The translations under genes were made by a program, and so were the position numbers. The notes beneath the pieces are model-generated. The model had not been told where the DNA came from and searched no databases. It saw only the letters and a program-made list of their open reading frames with translations. Positions 33,225-50,499 of a DNA stretch of 64,000 bases are shown here, piece after piece. The first letter of the stretch is position 1; the number at the start of each line of letters is the position of its first letter. Where the stretch lies: the NCBI RefSeq assembly GCF_009914755.1, contig NC_060947.1. One strand, 5' to 3'. This DNA comes from the human T2T-CHM13v2.0 reference genome, Homo sapiens.

Positions 33225-33430
33225 ACTAATATTTACCAAGTGCTTAAGTGTCAGACACTGCACTTGACCCTTTAGAATATCTCAATAACACAGCAATTCT
33301 GTGAGGTAACATAATCTCCATTTTCCAAAAGAGGAAGCTAAGGCTCAGAGAGTTTATCCAATGCTATACAGTTTTATAAGCAACAGGGCCAGCATTTGAA
33401 CCCAGGGTTATCTGGTACCAAAGTGAGACC
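33225..33430. mobile_element. MIR
   Basis: atctccattttccaaaagaggaagctaaggctcagagag...catttgaacccaggg. Confidence 0.65.
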
Positions 33431-34312
33431 ATACAGAAGCTGCTCCCAACTGGGGCCAAAGTGAGGGGCTCTTAAAAGGGGGGACTCCTGATTAACCAGG
33501 AAGGAGATGGTTCCAAAATGTTTGCTTACAGGTTCAAATGTTAATTTCATGTTACCGCAAAGAGTCATCTTTTTCCCCTTCAGACTCTGCCTATGAGCCC
33601 ACTCTCAGGCTGTGCTTAGCAATCCAGCTCCACCACAGCAACAGTGAGCCCACAACCCATAGAACCTAGAGGGGCTGATCAACATATTTTTGGAAAGGTG
33701 ATGGGGTGGTGGAGGAGGAGGAAGCGAGAAGCAGGTGGTGGGTTAGCATGGCAGAGTCAGATTATTTTGGATCCATATCAGTTGTCACAAAAACATTATG
33801 GGGGAAGTGGAACTACCGTACATCTGAGAGAGAACCACAATGAACTGGCACAGTCTGTTTATACCAACTTTCCCTGCCCTAAACACTTTCTATTTCTGCT
33901 GCAAAGACATGTAGGGCCCAGTAACTTTAGGATGGCACTTAATCACATAACAGAGACAGACAGCTGGGAGCTCCCTGGCCTGACAAAACAGGTTAGACTG
34001 GTGGCAGGCAAGTGCCTGGCCCCGCTGCCTTGCAGCTCCAGTGGTGGGGTCTGGGGGCTGCTTTCAACCTTCCTGGGGAGTTAGGTCTGTAGCTACCTTC
34101 CCTTGTAGCTGCCCTGGCCTGTCAGGGAGGAATGCTTATAAGTGTCCTTTGGTGGGTGGGGGAGTTCCTTTCTGTTTAAACGTTAAGCATTCACAGTGTG
34201 TCTTTTATTTTCCTTAGGTCCTCTGCATCCAAGCAAGCACTTATTATGGGGTCTATTTGTGCACATCACTGCTAATGTAACATTGACTACTCTCTGAGGA
34301 TAATGGAATAAA

Positions 34313-34389
34313 GGGAAGGAAAAAGAGGGAGAGAGCGAGTGGGAAAGAGAGGGTGAGAGAGGGAGGGAGGGAGGGAGAGAGAGAGAGAA
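34313..34389. repeat. GA-rich polypurine tract
   Basis: gggaaggaaaaagagggagagagcgagtgggaaagagagggtgagagagggagggagggagggagagagagagag. Confidence 0.8.
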
Positions 34390-34565
34390 ATCTCTTCCCC
34401 TTTCCCCATTTTATCTCCATCCCAGACACAGGGCTCAGAAAAGCTCCAAGGGCACAATTAAGAATTGAAAAGTCATGAAGAAAATTGATAACATAATGTG
34501 ATTTAAATAGGGAGAAGTAGGCGTCAAATTGAGTGATTTGAGGAGCACGTTAAAATGCTATTACA

Positions 34566-34857
34566 GCCGGGTGCGGTGGCTCACACCTGTAATCCCAGCA
34601 CTTTGGGAGGCTGAGGTGGGTGGAGGTCAGGAGTTCAAGACCAGCCTGGCCAAGATGGTGAAACCCAATCTCTACTAAAAATACAAAATTTAGCCGGGCA
34701 TGGTGGCGGGCGCCTGTAATCCCAGCTACTCAGGAGGCTGAGATGAAGAATTGCTTGAATCCGGGAGGTGGAGTTTGCAGTGAGCCGAGATTGCGCTACT
34801 GCATTCAAGCCTGGGCGACAGAGTGAGACTCCGTCTTGGAAAAAAAAAAAAAAAAAA
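34566..34857 (+). mobile_element. AluS with a small left-arm deletion
   Basis: Dimer; TSD-like aaaatgctattaca / aaaagctattaca. Confidence 0.93.
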
Positions 34858-35400
34858 GCTATTACAAGACCAAGAAGCATACAAGGTTATATGGTGACCT
34901 CTCCCTCCCACTCCTATTTCACAGCCATCTAGTTCCTCTCCCCCAAGGAAACCAATGTTACTCATCTATTGCATGTCCTTCCAGAGATATTTTACGACTA
35001 TACCAACAAATATATAAATTTATATATATATAAATTTATCTTAAATGTAAACGCTGTTCTTCTCAGATTAAAGTGTCACTTAAACACAAAAAGGTGGCAG
35101 AAATTACATTTTAAAACTTTTTCTCAAAATAAAGAGTTTTGAAATTCACAGTTGAACTCTTTCATTCATAAACATTTAAAAGTTAAATTGTTTGCCTCCA
35201 GAAATTAAGTTGGGTTCCCAGCACACAGTGGATACTTTAAAAATGTTTCCTTAGGTCTTTTTGTCGTTCCTTATTCAGAGCCAAGAGGACAATTACTCAC
35301 TTCCTCTATTGATATAGAGAAATCAAATTTTATTTTTTACTATTAAAAAAGAGAAGTCTTGAAAAATCTTTACTGGATTTACTTGTGTTCAAAGATTTGC

Positions 35401-35473
35401 TTGACAGTAGTAATCATTTCATTGTGTTTATCAAAACATCATGTTGTACATCTTAAATGCAGACAATTTTTTA
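35401..35473 (+). mobile_element. Extremely 5'-truncated L1MA 3' tip (~70 bp)
   Basis: gtaatcatttc...tatcaaaacatcatgttgtacatcttaaat; perfect 10-bp TSD aaagatttgc at 35391-35400 and 35474-35483. Confidence 0.75.
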
Positions 35474-37175
35474 AAAGATTTGCAAACTGAATTTTAAGAT
35501 CAGTTTAAAATCCCCATCCCAATAGTCTTCAGTATACTATGAATAATTAGCTAATCACATGACATTAGAATTCAGATTAGGGGGACCTTGCAGTAGAAGA
35601 CCAAACATACCTGAGAGAAAGAAGAAATGTTTTCTCACAATTACAGACAGTCCTTAAAATATTAATATTTGGCATAACCTGAGACATCACATATTGACAA
35701 ACTAAATTTCTTTATACATTTAAAGAAACACTAATACTCAAAGATATAGAACAAAATTACACAGGAATGCTGAGATGATATTGCCTTTTCTGAACAGCCA
35801 TCAGTTACACTAGATTTGTAACTTGATTGTTCACAAAATAAAACAGTACACTGTAGCACAACCAAATGGCTGAAAGATGGAGGTGAGTTTTAAAAGTACG
35901 TATCAGCAAAGGAAAATTCCACTGTTGTCTTTAAGCCTTAAGATAAAGGTGATTGAACTCCTCAGAACACGGAGTACTCTCCAGAAAATATATTTTCAAA
36001 TCCCCATTTATTTTCCATCCCTTGAGCATGTGTTTACGAATCTGACAAATCTACCTCCTATTTCACATTGTCCTTTAAGAAACTGGGTCTAGGGCCTATT
36101 AAATAAAAATATTTTCACGGTTATCTATATAAAGGCAATTTTCATTTGCATCATGGCTTGGAGTCAATCACCTGCAATGACCACGTGCTTCAATTCCCCC
36201 CTGTCTGTCTTCTCAGGAAACCTCCCAGCTTACCTGCAGGCCTGGCATCAGTCATTTATCACCAACTGACACAAACCACAGAGCTCAACAACGGTCAGGG
36301 ATGGAGGCCAAAGTCTGTGTTGAGACCTATAATTCGCAATCACCAAACTCGGTTTTAGACCTGGTCCTGTTTCAAGATCTGTGTAGGTCACTACTTCATC
36401 AAAACTGGAGGGCTCTTAACAGCGCTTGCCCCTTACACGGTTTGGCTGCGAGGGCCTGGTGGCCATGAGCCCCGGCTGTCAACAACTAATCAAGAAACAT
36501 GAGAAGCAAGGCCCAGAACCAAGGGTAATTTTCACATTAAAGGTTAAGGTTTCTGCTTTCCATTCTCTATCAGGGCACCTGGATGGAAACTGAATAAAGA
36601 AATCCCTCAGTATATGTGATAAAATAAAATTTTCCCCGTTGGGAACAATCATGAAGTGGCTCGTCTATTTCGTGTGAGGATGCCAATTCAGGGGCTTTAA
36701 CACCACTGAATTACATTCAAAAAGAGAATACCTGACTCCACTTTGGAGTCATGGGCAGGGCGAGGGGGGAGGCAGGGGGCACAGAAGAGGAAGAGGGATG
36801 ACTCAGATTATGGCTGACATCCATGTAATAAAGGGAGATTTGTACTGACCACTGTGCATGTAACACACTGTGTACCATTAAATCTAGAAAAGGATGGTAG
36901 CATCAGCCCACCCCTAACAACAAAAGATGGCTGACTCCGGAATTAAAACCACGACTTTTCCCCTTCATACATTCGGAAATGTATCTCAAACTCACTCCCT
37001 GTTACCGTCTTAGGAATACAAAAGCTCCTCTTCGTTTGAGAAAGCAAGTAACTGGGTATAACTTTCCACTCGGGACATAAGAGCAGGAGGCGTGCCTGTC
37101 TCCTCGTCCAGGCCTGACATGGTGGTGCCACCCACTCTGGGTCCTGGACCACTGCTCACCTTTCACCACACTTCA

Positions 37176-38600
<1,425 letters not shown>

Positions 38601-39647
38601 GGGGCTGTCAGTGAACCGAGCAGCCCCGAAGCCACGTTAGCCCCTACACCTCTCTTTCCTCATCTCTCAGGTTGCCCTTCCAGCCCCAGAATCTGCTAGG
38701 TTTCATTCAAACCTCTGTTCTCATCAGACTCAAATGTGAGGACTGATAAGGAGTTGGAATCGGGGGAGGGCATTGAAGTATCTCCTTCCTCACTTGAGGG
38801 AATAGACTTCGTCTGCGCTGTGCTACTAATCCCCTTGGGGAATAGGGTTGAACCAGAAGGAACTGAACGCTTGCCATTCCTGGTAGATGAGCAGTAGCTG
38901 GTCCTAAGGTGGTGGTGGGGGGTGGGGGTTACCCTGATGACCCTTTCTTTTATGTTGCTCACCTGGTAGCTCAGAGAGTCTTTTAATGACTCTTAAGACC
39001 AAACCCAGCTCTGAACAAAATTATGGCGTGGACTCTGAAGGATGAAGCCTCTTGGAACAAATTCTCAGGAAAACTAGAATCTTCAATCCACCTTGCTCCT
39101 CTGGTCAAGGAAGAAACAAGATCAGATTAATCACTGAGTTCCCAGTGCTTAGCACTGTACTCATGTGTTTATTGAACCACTCTGAAATCTCTACCAAAAC
39201 TGCCCATGTTTTCGCTCCCAGGGGAGTTTGCATTTTTAAGAGGATTCATTGAAGAAGGTGATGCTTAACCAAATGAAATAATAGGGTAGAGGTAGCATTA
39301 GGTAAGAAAACTCTTTGGAGTACTGCAGCCTTCCTGGTTCCCCTGTAGGTGAGCACTCTGCCAAAGCTGTTTAGTGGTTTCTTTAAAGCAGGGAAATCTC
39401 TTCATCTACATTTTAGCTAGCCCCTTTCCCAACTCCTCTAGGCAGTCACTCAGCCCCTGCAAACATCCGTATACCTTGAAGTTCCACACAGGTTTCCAAT
39501 AAAATTGCAAATACTTAAAACCTGGATGGGCACTGTGTTGGTCATAATATTATGCCCCTTTGGGTGCCCAGTACTCAAGGACAGAATTTCTCTCTTTAGA
39601 AAAGGGCAACTCAGGAGCTACCTTAAAAGTACAGACTTCTTAGTATT

Positions 39648-40508
<861 letters not shown>

Positions 40509-41259
40509 AGTATTTATTATGTAAAGTAGTTCCCTTGGGTAGAGTATGAAAAGACTAGTCCCAACCATTCACAAATACACACCAAAGAAAACACTCCATT
40601 ATCTCTACATATTTATGTGTGAAAACTAACCTATATAATACAGGAGTTCTGATTTCAGTTAACACAGAATAATCACACTAAACCCATTACCTGCTACTGA
40701 ATACAGCTATAAAATGTGAACAGAATGCATGCAGCAACTATTTGAGGACTCTGGAAAGTAAATTGTACCACATAAACTGAGGAAAAACAACAGAATTTGA
40801 AGTAAAACTGAACTGGCGGTGAGTTTACCATTTTTTTCCTCCAGTCTCCACTAGACTGGACTCAAGGCAGCTTAACACCCGGAAGGGAGCATCAACATGG
40901 ACAGAGAGAGCTCCAGGAAAAGCAGAAAATTGGTCTCCTAATATTCAGAGAAAGTAGGAGAAATGTGCCATTTTTTTTCTTTTCTCCATTCTCTTACATT
41001 TTAGCCAATAAGCAATCCCACTGTGGCACCTCAGTCAACAGTGACAATGGAGACAGCAATACCTTCAAGCACCCAAAAAATGCTAAGGGAGGGGAGAACC
41101 TTCCTCTCTGTTTGAAGTAGCTCTGGTCCCAAGACAGTGGGGCCAAAACCTCAATGATATATATTTTTTCACTCTCTCTGTCCTGATGCTTGGCCCAAGA
41201 CATGGGCAAAGTTTCAGGAAATACATAACAGAGAGGATTAAATAAAGACCCAGATTTCT

Positions 41260-41562
41260 GGACAGGCACAGTGGCTCACCCCTGTAATCCCAACATTTTG
41301 GGAGGCTGAGGTGAGTGGATTTGTTGAGGCCAGGAGTTGGAGAACAGCCTGGGCAATGTAGCAAGACCCTGTCTCTATGAAACATTTAAAAATAAAATTA
41401 GCTGGGCACTGTAGTGCTTGCCTGTAGTCTTGGCTACTCAAGAGGCTAAGGTGGGAGGCTCACTTGAGCTCAGGAGTTCGAGGCTACAGTGAGCTATGAT
41501 CACACCACTGTACTCCAGCCTGGGCGACAGAGCGAGACCCTGTCTTTAAATAAATTAAATAG
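41260..41562 (+). mobile_element. AluJ
   Basis: Dimer; TSD-like agatttct. Confidence 0.92.
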
Positions 41563-42235
41563 TCTAGATTTCTTGCCAATTGATTAAAAGGGGAACTCCA
41601 AGGCATTACAAAGTACCAAGGAGACAGTAGAGAGGAGAGGACCTTGGGAAAGGTCCTCATAAAGTTTTTATGAACTCCTAGGTTCACCCCAACCTGCACA
41701 TGGATCTGATCCTAAACAGCATACCAAAGACTGTGATAACTGAACTAAGAGGCAGACCACCACCCAAGCCCTAGACTAGCCACTGGATAAAACACATGTA
41801 GGACAGATCTGAATAGCATTACAAACTTTTGAAAACTGAATTGACTTTGGAGCCACTATCCACAAAAGGCATGTCAGAACTTGTGATCTAAACCCAAGCA
41901 TGTCTATTACAAACTAAAACAAAAATATGAATATTTCCCCATAGTATTAAAACAAGATACAAAGTCCTATAACATAATATTCAAAATGTCCAGGATACAA
42001 CCCAAAATTATTCAATACCTGAAGAACCATGAAAATCTTAACTTGGGTGGGAAAAGGCAAACAACAGACACCACTGCTGAGGTGACACCAATGTTGGAAT
42101 TATCTGAAAAAGACTTTAAAGCAGCTATTATAATGATGCTCCAACAAGTAAGGACAAATAATCTTGAAATGAATGTAAGGATAAAAGGCTCAGCACAGGA
42201 GTAAAAGATAAAAGAAGAACCAAATTGAAATTTTA

Positions 42236-42531
42236 GGCTGGGCACAGTGGCTCACACCTGTAATCCCAGCACTTTGGGAAGCCAAAGCGGGTAGATCACA
42301 AGGTCAGGAGTTCCAGACCAGCCTGGCCAACATGGTGAAACCCCATCTCTACTAAAAATACAGAAATTCACTGGGCATGGTGGCATGTGCCTGTAATCCC
42401 AGCTACTGGGAGGCTGAGGCAGGAGAATAACTTGAACCTGGGAGGTGGAGTTTGCAGTGAACTGAGATCGCACCACTGCGCTCCAGCCTGGGTGACAGAG
42501 TGACACTCCATCTCAAAAAAAAAAAAAAAAA
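42236..42531 (+). mobile_element. AluS (Sg/Sc-like)
   Basis: Dimer with gatcacaaggtc 2-nt deletion; TSD aaatttta. Confidence 0.93.
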
Positions 42532-43850
42532 TTTTATAAGTGAAGAATACAATAGCTGGAATTTTAAAATTGGATGGATGCAATAGCAGAATAGAGATGA
42601 AAGAGTCAGTAAATATGAAAATAGATCAATAGAAATTATCCAACCTGAATAGCAGAGAGGAAAAACTGAAAAATAAATAGAGCCACAAAGACCTATAGGA
42701 GATAATAAAATATCTAACATTTGTGTCTTTAGAGTTACAGAAGGAGAAGAGAAACAGTGTGGTACAGAAAAAAAGATGTGAAAATATAATAACTGAAAAC
42801 ATTCCAGATAAAGCAAAAGACACAAGCCTGCAGATTGAAGAACCTCAGCAAAACCCAAGCAGGATAAGCCCAAAGAATCAAAGCACAGACACATTATATT
42901 CAAACTGCTGAAAAGAAAAACAAAAAAATATGTTTAAAGCAGAAAGATAAAAATGAAATATTACATACAGGGTAACAACAATTCAGATGACTACGGATTT
43001 CTCATCAGAAACCAAGAAGGTCATAAAGACATGCACAGCATTTTTAATGTGCTGAAAGAACTGTTAACCAAAAATAATACATCCAACAAAAATAGATTTC
43101 CGTGTGAAGAAATAACACCAATACTGTACAGTCTCTTCTAGAGAGTCAGACAGTTGAAGAAAAGAAAGCTACATACCAATATCTCTCATGAACTTAGACA
43201 TAAAAATTCTTAACAAAATATTAGTAAATTGAATCTAACAATGTATAAAAAGAAGTGTACACCATGACCAAGTGGTATTTATCCTAGGATTACAAGGCTT
43301 GTTCAACATGAGAAAATCACTCAATGCAATCCACCATATTTACTGTCTAAAGAAGAAAAGCTGCCTGATCATATTCACTGATGCGGAAAAAAGCACTGAC
43401 AAAATTCAACATCCATTCATGATAGCTTTCAGCAAAATAGGAATAAAAGGGAACTTCTTTGACCTGATAAAGAGCAGATACCCGCCCCCCCCAAAAAAAA
43501 AAACCGCACAGAATATCTAGCATTATTCTTAAAAGACTGAATTCTTTCCCCCCAAGGTCGGGAAAAGGCAAGGAAGTCCACTATCACCACTCTTAGTCAA
43601 CATTGTATTGGAACTCCAAGTCAGTGCACTAAGACAGAAAAACGAAATAAAAGGCATACGTATATAGCAAAAATCACAATATGTAAATTTTAATGGAATG
43701 CTGGGGAAACAGAGGAACTAAAAACAGAGGGAACAAAAAGAAAAGGGAGGAAAAAAGAGAAATTCTCAAAGGATATTAGAAAAATTCTCCTATTCATAGA
43801 TAATATGATCATCTACTTAGAAAAATCCCATGAAATCTACAAAATCCTAG

Positions 43851-44246
<396 letters not shown>

Positions 44247-45515
44247 TAAAATGTATCATTCACAATAGCATAAAAGAAAAATATTTAGGTATAAATTTTT
44301 AACAAAACATGTCCAGGATCTATATGCTAAAATCTATAAAATGTTGATGAAAGAAATCAAAGAAGACCTGAATAAATGAAGAGACATGCCATGTTCATGG
44401 ATTGAAAGACTAAGCAAAGATGTCAAATCTCTCCAAATTGATATACAGATTTAATAAAATTTCCATAAAAATCCCAGCAAAATGTTTGGTGAATATAGCC
44501 ATGTGAAATATAAAATTAATAGGAAAGTCAAAGTAACAGACTAGCCAAAACAATTTTGAAAAAGAAGAATAAAATTGGAGGCCTCACACTATCCAATTTA
44601 AGATGTACTGTAATGCTACTATGTAAAGTAATAAAGTATAATTAAGGCAGGGTAGCATTGGTGAAGGAATAGATATATACATCAATGGGACAAAATTAGA
44701 GTCCAGAAATAGGTCTACATACAAAATTGATTTTTCACAAAAGTGCAAAAGCAATTAAATGGACAAGGTACGTTCTTTTCAATGAATTGTTTGGAATTAT
44801 TGGGCATCCATACACAAAAAGAATGAACCTTGAGCTAAATCTTATACCTTGTACAAAAATGAATTTTATGTAGATTATAGATTTAAATGTAACATACAAA
44901 ACTGTGAAACAGTTACAAAAAAACATAAGAACACCTTCCTGATCTTGGATTAAGCAAAGAGTGCCTAGATATGACACCAAAAGCACAATCCTTATATGAA
45001 AAAATTGATAATTGGACTGCATCAAAATTAAAAGTTTTTGCTCTGCAAAAGACACTTTTAAAGTAATGAAAAGACAAGCTACAGAGTGGGAGAAAATATT
45101 TACAAAACATATTCAACAAAGGACTTATATCCATAGTACATAAGAAATTCTCCAAACTTAATAAGAAAACAACCCAGTTGAAAAATGGGCAGAAGGTTTA
45201 AACTAACACTTTACAAAAGACGGTATGTGGATGAGAAATCATTACATGAAGAGATGTTTAACACCATTAGCCATTAGGGAAATAAAAATTAATACCATGA
45301 TTGCCACCTATTAGATTGACTTAGAATATTAGAAATAGAATGACTAAATAAAAAATACTGACAACACCAATTGGAGATGAGAACGAAGAGCCCCTGGAAC
45401 TCTCTTACATTGCTGGTGGGAATGCAAAATGGTAAACCACACTGGAAGAGAGTTTGGCAGTTTCTTATAAAGTTAACATGCATTTATCCATAAGAACAAG
45501 CAATCTCACTCCTAG

Positions 45516-45875
<360 letters not shown>

Positions 45876-46555
45876 TTTTACATGGATGTTATTAGCAGCT
45901 TTATTTATAATAGCCAAAAACTGAAAACAACCCAAATGTCCTTCAGTGGGTGAATGAATAAAAAACTGTTGTATGTTCATACAATGGAATACCATTCAGC
46001 AATAAAAATGAATGAACAATTGATATACTAATAATTTGGATGAATATCAAAGGCATTATGCTGAGTGGAAGTGAGTCTCAAAAGGTTGCACACTATATTA
46101 TTCCATTTTATGACATTCTTGAAATGATAAAAGTATAGTTACAGAGAATGGATCAGTAGTGTCTGGGGCTAAGTGGGAGGGGAAGCGTATAACTATAAAG
46201 GGATAACACAAGGGAGGTTTGGGGATGATGGAACCATTCTATATTCTGATTGTAGTGATGGTCGTATGAATCTGTACATGTGTTAAATTCAAATAATTGT
46301 ACAAGAAAAATAAATATTGCTGTAAGTTAACTTAAATAATTTCTCTCTGTCATGTGTTAACAAATCCTCTGCTTACCCTTGGACATGCTACAACTTTATA
46401 TTAGTTTAAGACGGTGGTTAAGGCCTCAAGAAGTCCCCAAGAGCTATGTCCTGGGTTCAGTTACCCTGAAATGTGGCAGATGAGGAAAACTGAAACCTTA
46501 AATTCAGGCACACCCACAGGATACTATGAAATATATGGGCATAAACACTAGCATT

Positions 46556-46855
46556 GGCGGGGCGTGGTGGCTCACGCCTGTAATCCCAACACTTTGGGAG
46601 GCCGAGGCGAACGGATCACTTGAGGTCAGGAGTTTGAGACCAGCCTGGCCTACATGGTGAAACCTCATCTCTACTAAAAATAGGAAAATTAGCCGGGTGT
46701 GTTGGCGGCATCTGTATTCTCAGCTACTCAGGAGGCTGAGGGAGGAGAATCACTTGAACTCAGGAGGCAGAGGTTGCAGTGAGCCAAGGTTGCGCCACTG
46801 TACTCCAGCCTTGGTGACAGAGGGAGACTCAGTCTCAAGGAAAAAAAAAAAAAAA
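46556..46855 (+). mobile_element. AluS
   Basis: Dimer with A tail. Confidence 0.94.
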
Positions 46856-47927
46856 GAACCAGGAAGGAAGCTTCTCCCCTCTGGCTGCCTTCCACTCTCC
46901 CACAAGTGCCTCCCATTGGCAGCACCTCAGCAGCAGCAACCAGGCATCCTAAGAGGACCTCATATCTATTCTGCATGGCCTTTGCTCTGTACCGCCAGGT
47001 TCTGGTAATCCTACCTCTTCCCTGTTGTTTTTCCAAGTTTAGGGATAGTAGCTGCTTCTTGTAGTTATTATCTCTGGGTTCTCTCACAGTTGCCTTTTTG
47101 CTATCTCATTTCTGCATTACCTATGTAACCAATTCCTTATCTTAACCTCCTCTGTGGGAACATGTAGTGGCCTGTTTTCCTGTGGACGCTGACTGATACT
47201 CAGCCTTTGGAGACTTGAAGTATAGAGTCAGAGGGCAACCAGTTGTGAAGCTGACCCTGAATTCCTTGTGTTTGTTTGGCCTCTGCTTGCATTTGTTCCT
47301 GCACTTGAAGATAAAATCACAATTTCAAAGCGCGGTACACAGGGCCTATGGTAGACTTTGCTGGTGGTTCCTAATATTTCTGATTCCCTTCTTGCAAAAC
47401 AGATGGATTGCATTGATTGCATTTTTCACCTCTTTGACGTTTGAGGTGACTTTATGACTTGCTTTGGCCAACGAAATGAGAGTAGAAGTGGTGAATGTCA
47501 TTTCTGGGCAAAAGTATTTAAGAGCAGATGCATGTGTTCTCTCCACCTGCTGCAGTGAGTCCTAAAGCCTCACGCTGAGATGGTAAATTATAGGGTGGAA
47601 AAGCCTGTGTGACATGTAGTCTGGGAGATAATTTTTATTTTACTTCACGGTTGTCACCACAGTGTAAAGTAGCCTATCCTGACTAATAATACATTTGTGA
47701 TTCACCCCCTGCCACCTCCCCTCCGTCTCACTCTTCCCTAAATGCATCAAGATACCTTACACCTTTGGGCTGTGCCTATGCTCCACCTCTTGCCTTACCA
47801 ATCATTTTGACCTGGCAGCTGCTGCTAGTTGTTCAAAGCCCAATTCAGATGCTACCTACTCCAAGAAGCCTCCTTCATCTGGATCTGGGATGTTTCCTAT
47901 ATTTTCTCCTAATAGCTCATGTTTACT

Positions 47928-48224
47928 CTTTTTTTTTTAGACAGAGTCTTCTGTCACCCAGGCTGGAGTACAGTGGCACGATCTCGGCTCACTGCAACCT
48001 CCCCTCCTGGGTTCAAGGTATTCTCCTGCCTCAACCTCCCTAGTGACTGGGACTACAGGCGTGCGTCACCACGCCTGGCCAATTTTTTTTTCTTTTTGTA
48101 TTTTTAGTGGAGACGGGGTCTTGCCATGTTGGTCAGGCTGGTCTCGAGCTCCTGGGCTCAAGTGATCCACCCATCTTGGCCACCCAAAGTGCTGGGATTA
48201 CAGGCGTGAGCCACCGCCACACCT
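47928..48224 (-). mobile_element. Alu (S/J)
   Basis: Reverse dimer. Confidence 0.92.
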
Positions 48225-48806
48225 ATAAAGTAAACATGGCCTCCTGTTTACTTTTAACATGACATTTCCCACATTGTATCATATTATCAGATTATTTATT
48301 GATATACCCACTTTATATTAAGCTCTTTGGAGGCAGGGATGGAGTGTCTTCTGTTGTATTTTTTGCTGTTGTTTTATTTGTTTAGCTCTAGCTTAAAAAA
48401 TGCATTGAGCATAATGCCTGGTACATAGCAGATGTTCAAAAATATTTGTTGAAAGAATAAATTATTTCAACAAAATAAATAAATACATTTATTATAAAGT
48501 ATAAATAAAGCAGAGGATATGTTTTTAAAAATTTAGCTATATACTTATAATGCAATTTAATTGGAAGTCATTTTGTGCATTCTATATTTTGTCAAGGTAC
48601 CCCATGTGGATTCTTGGTCATCTACTTTATTTAGAATTCATATCTCTTAGTCATTATTTGCTTTTTTTCTAATGTATTTTCTGCCTCTTTCTTACTTTTG
48701 TTGCTCTGTTTCTATGGAATATCAGCTGGCAACATTCACTTAGTTGATCTATGTTGGTAAATATGTATAGTTAAAATTCAATTCAGTCCGGGGAAACTGG
48801 AAAGAT

Positions 48807-48945
48807 TTAAATATCTTGAATGTTTAATGATATTTAATTAAATATCTTGAATGTTTAATGATATTTAATTAAATATCTTTAATGTTTAATGATATTTCAT
48901 TAAATATCTTTAATTAAATATATTTAAAGATTTAAATATATTTAA
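48807..48945. repeat. AT-rich 31-bp minisatellite with palindromic unit ends
   Basis: ttaaatatc-tt(g/t)aatgtttaat-gatattt(a/c)a x3 (48807-48899) plus degenerate copies. Confidence 0.92.
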
Positions 48946-49849
48946 TGCTATAGTAACCCTGTAGCATGTTTCAAATTAAATAAAAGCTACTTTTAAATAT
49001 AAAGGGGTTATTTTTGTCAGCTGCTTTATTACCTCCAAACCAGAGCTGTTCATTTTTTATTCTATTTCCAAAAACCAAATATCCCTCCCAAGTCAATTTC
49101 AAAATATAATCTTAGTTCAGATTCTCTAGAACAAAAGCAAAGTCATTTCTAGGCACTCATAGTTTTGTTTTATGTTTCTCATTATGCACATTGAGATTCC
49201 TCTAAATGTGAGTCATTTAAGCAAAACCTTGGGAAACCTCCAGATTCCTTTTTAATTATCTTAAATTCATCTGAAAATATTTCAGCAAATGCAGGAGAGA
49301 ATGCCCTTATTAGCAAGATGTTTTAAAATCAAGAAGAGCCTATTATGAACTCAAGATACTCCCTAAAGGTTTTATTAACAGTTCAGGATTGTCCCTTCTA
49401 TCTGCCTGTTCCTGTCTCACTACAGATAGCAAAATGTAGGAATTGCAGTTTTTAGCTCCTTTTAGCATCTTCCAGATTTGGGCTTCCATCCAAGCTCCCA
49501 CTGCAGTGCACCACTCTGTGAGTCGATGACAGGCAAGGTCGAACAGCCCCTGGGGAACCTTCGCAGATGTGTTGAATACCATAAACATAAATAGATAATC
49601 CTTATCTTAAAGCAAGAGAGGCAGAAAGACACGGAGAAGACCCAGGCACCCTTGCCTTCATGTCTGTACAGACCCACATGGACTGTATGTTTAGGATTCA
49701 GTAGCCATGTTAGAAAAATGCTACCTCAGACCCTATTCAGGGTTAGCTACAGTAACCTTAGGAGTCCCTTCTGATCATCCTCTTCCCATGGCAGCTGCAA
49801 ACTTTTGCCTCTGCCATGTATGGGAAAATTGATCACTTAAAAGGAACTC

Positions 49850-50380
49850 TTAAGGTTTATTAGAAATGCTTTTGCTGTAAGTGGCAGAAAACCTGCTCCC
49901 AAAGACTGAAGTGAGTAAGACTTTATCTTGCTCATATAACAGGCATTCTCTCAGTAGGAAACCACCAGCTCAGTGACTCAAGGATGTAACACGACTCAAG
50001 GATGCAATCCTAACATGCCAAGCTGTTAGGATTGAGAAAGAGATACTGCAACTGGAAACATCAGGTATAGGTTTAGAGCAGGGAAAAGTGGGAAGGGCCC
50101 TGCAGCCTCTCTCCTTTTATCAAGAAGGTGAAAGCTTCCTCAACCCTATCTCCCTGAGGCTCAGCCAACTCCTGTTTGGATCTCATTGCCCAGAACTTGA
50201 TTAAGTGGCCACCTCTGGCTGCAAGAGAGGCTGGAAAAATGGGGAACAGTTTGTCACAATTGGCTTGGTGCAGTTGCAAGACATTGCCTGGCAGGGCACA
50301 CTGATGCTTCAAAGAAAATTAAGGATCCAGTAGCTATGAAGAAGGGAGTGGGTAGGCAAGTGCTAAGCTCTACCTCCACG
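49850..50380 (-). mobile_element. MLT1 remnant
   Basis: tctcattgcccagaacttgattaagtggccacctctggctgcaagagaggctggaaaa. Confidence 0.55.
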
Positions 50381-50499
50381 AGACTAATCAGGAGCATTAC
50401 ACCCAATTATAAGGCAACCGATTTTTGCTGGAGCCTTTGTTTAGAATGTGCCATGGAGGATGGTACTGTGTCTGCTAAGAGGATTCTCCTCCCATATTC

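Noticed and set aside
48807-48899. CRISPR-like appearance of the 31-bp palindromic repeats
   Set aside because: Units are contiguous with no unique spacers, the DNA is primate, and there are no cas genes; it is a minisatellite.
49426-49517. Plus-strand exon-like segment (pyrimidine tract-CAG ... GTGAGT) that could belong to a divergent lncRNA
   Set aside because: Such splice-site pairs are frequent by chance; I found no linked exons or other support.
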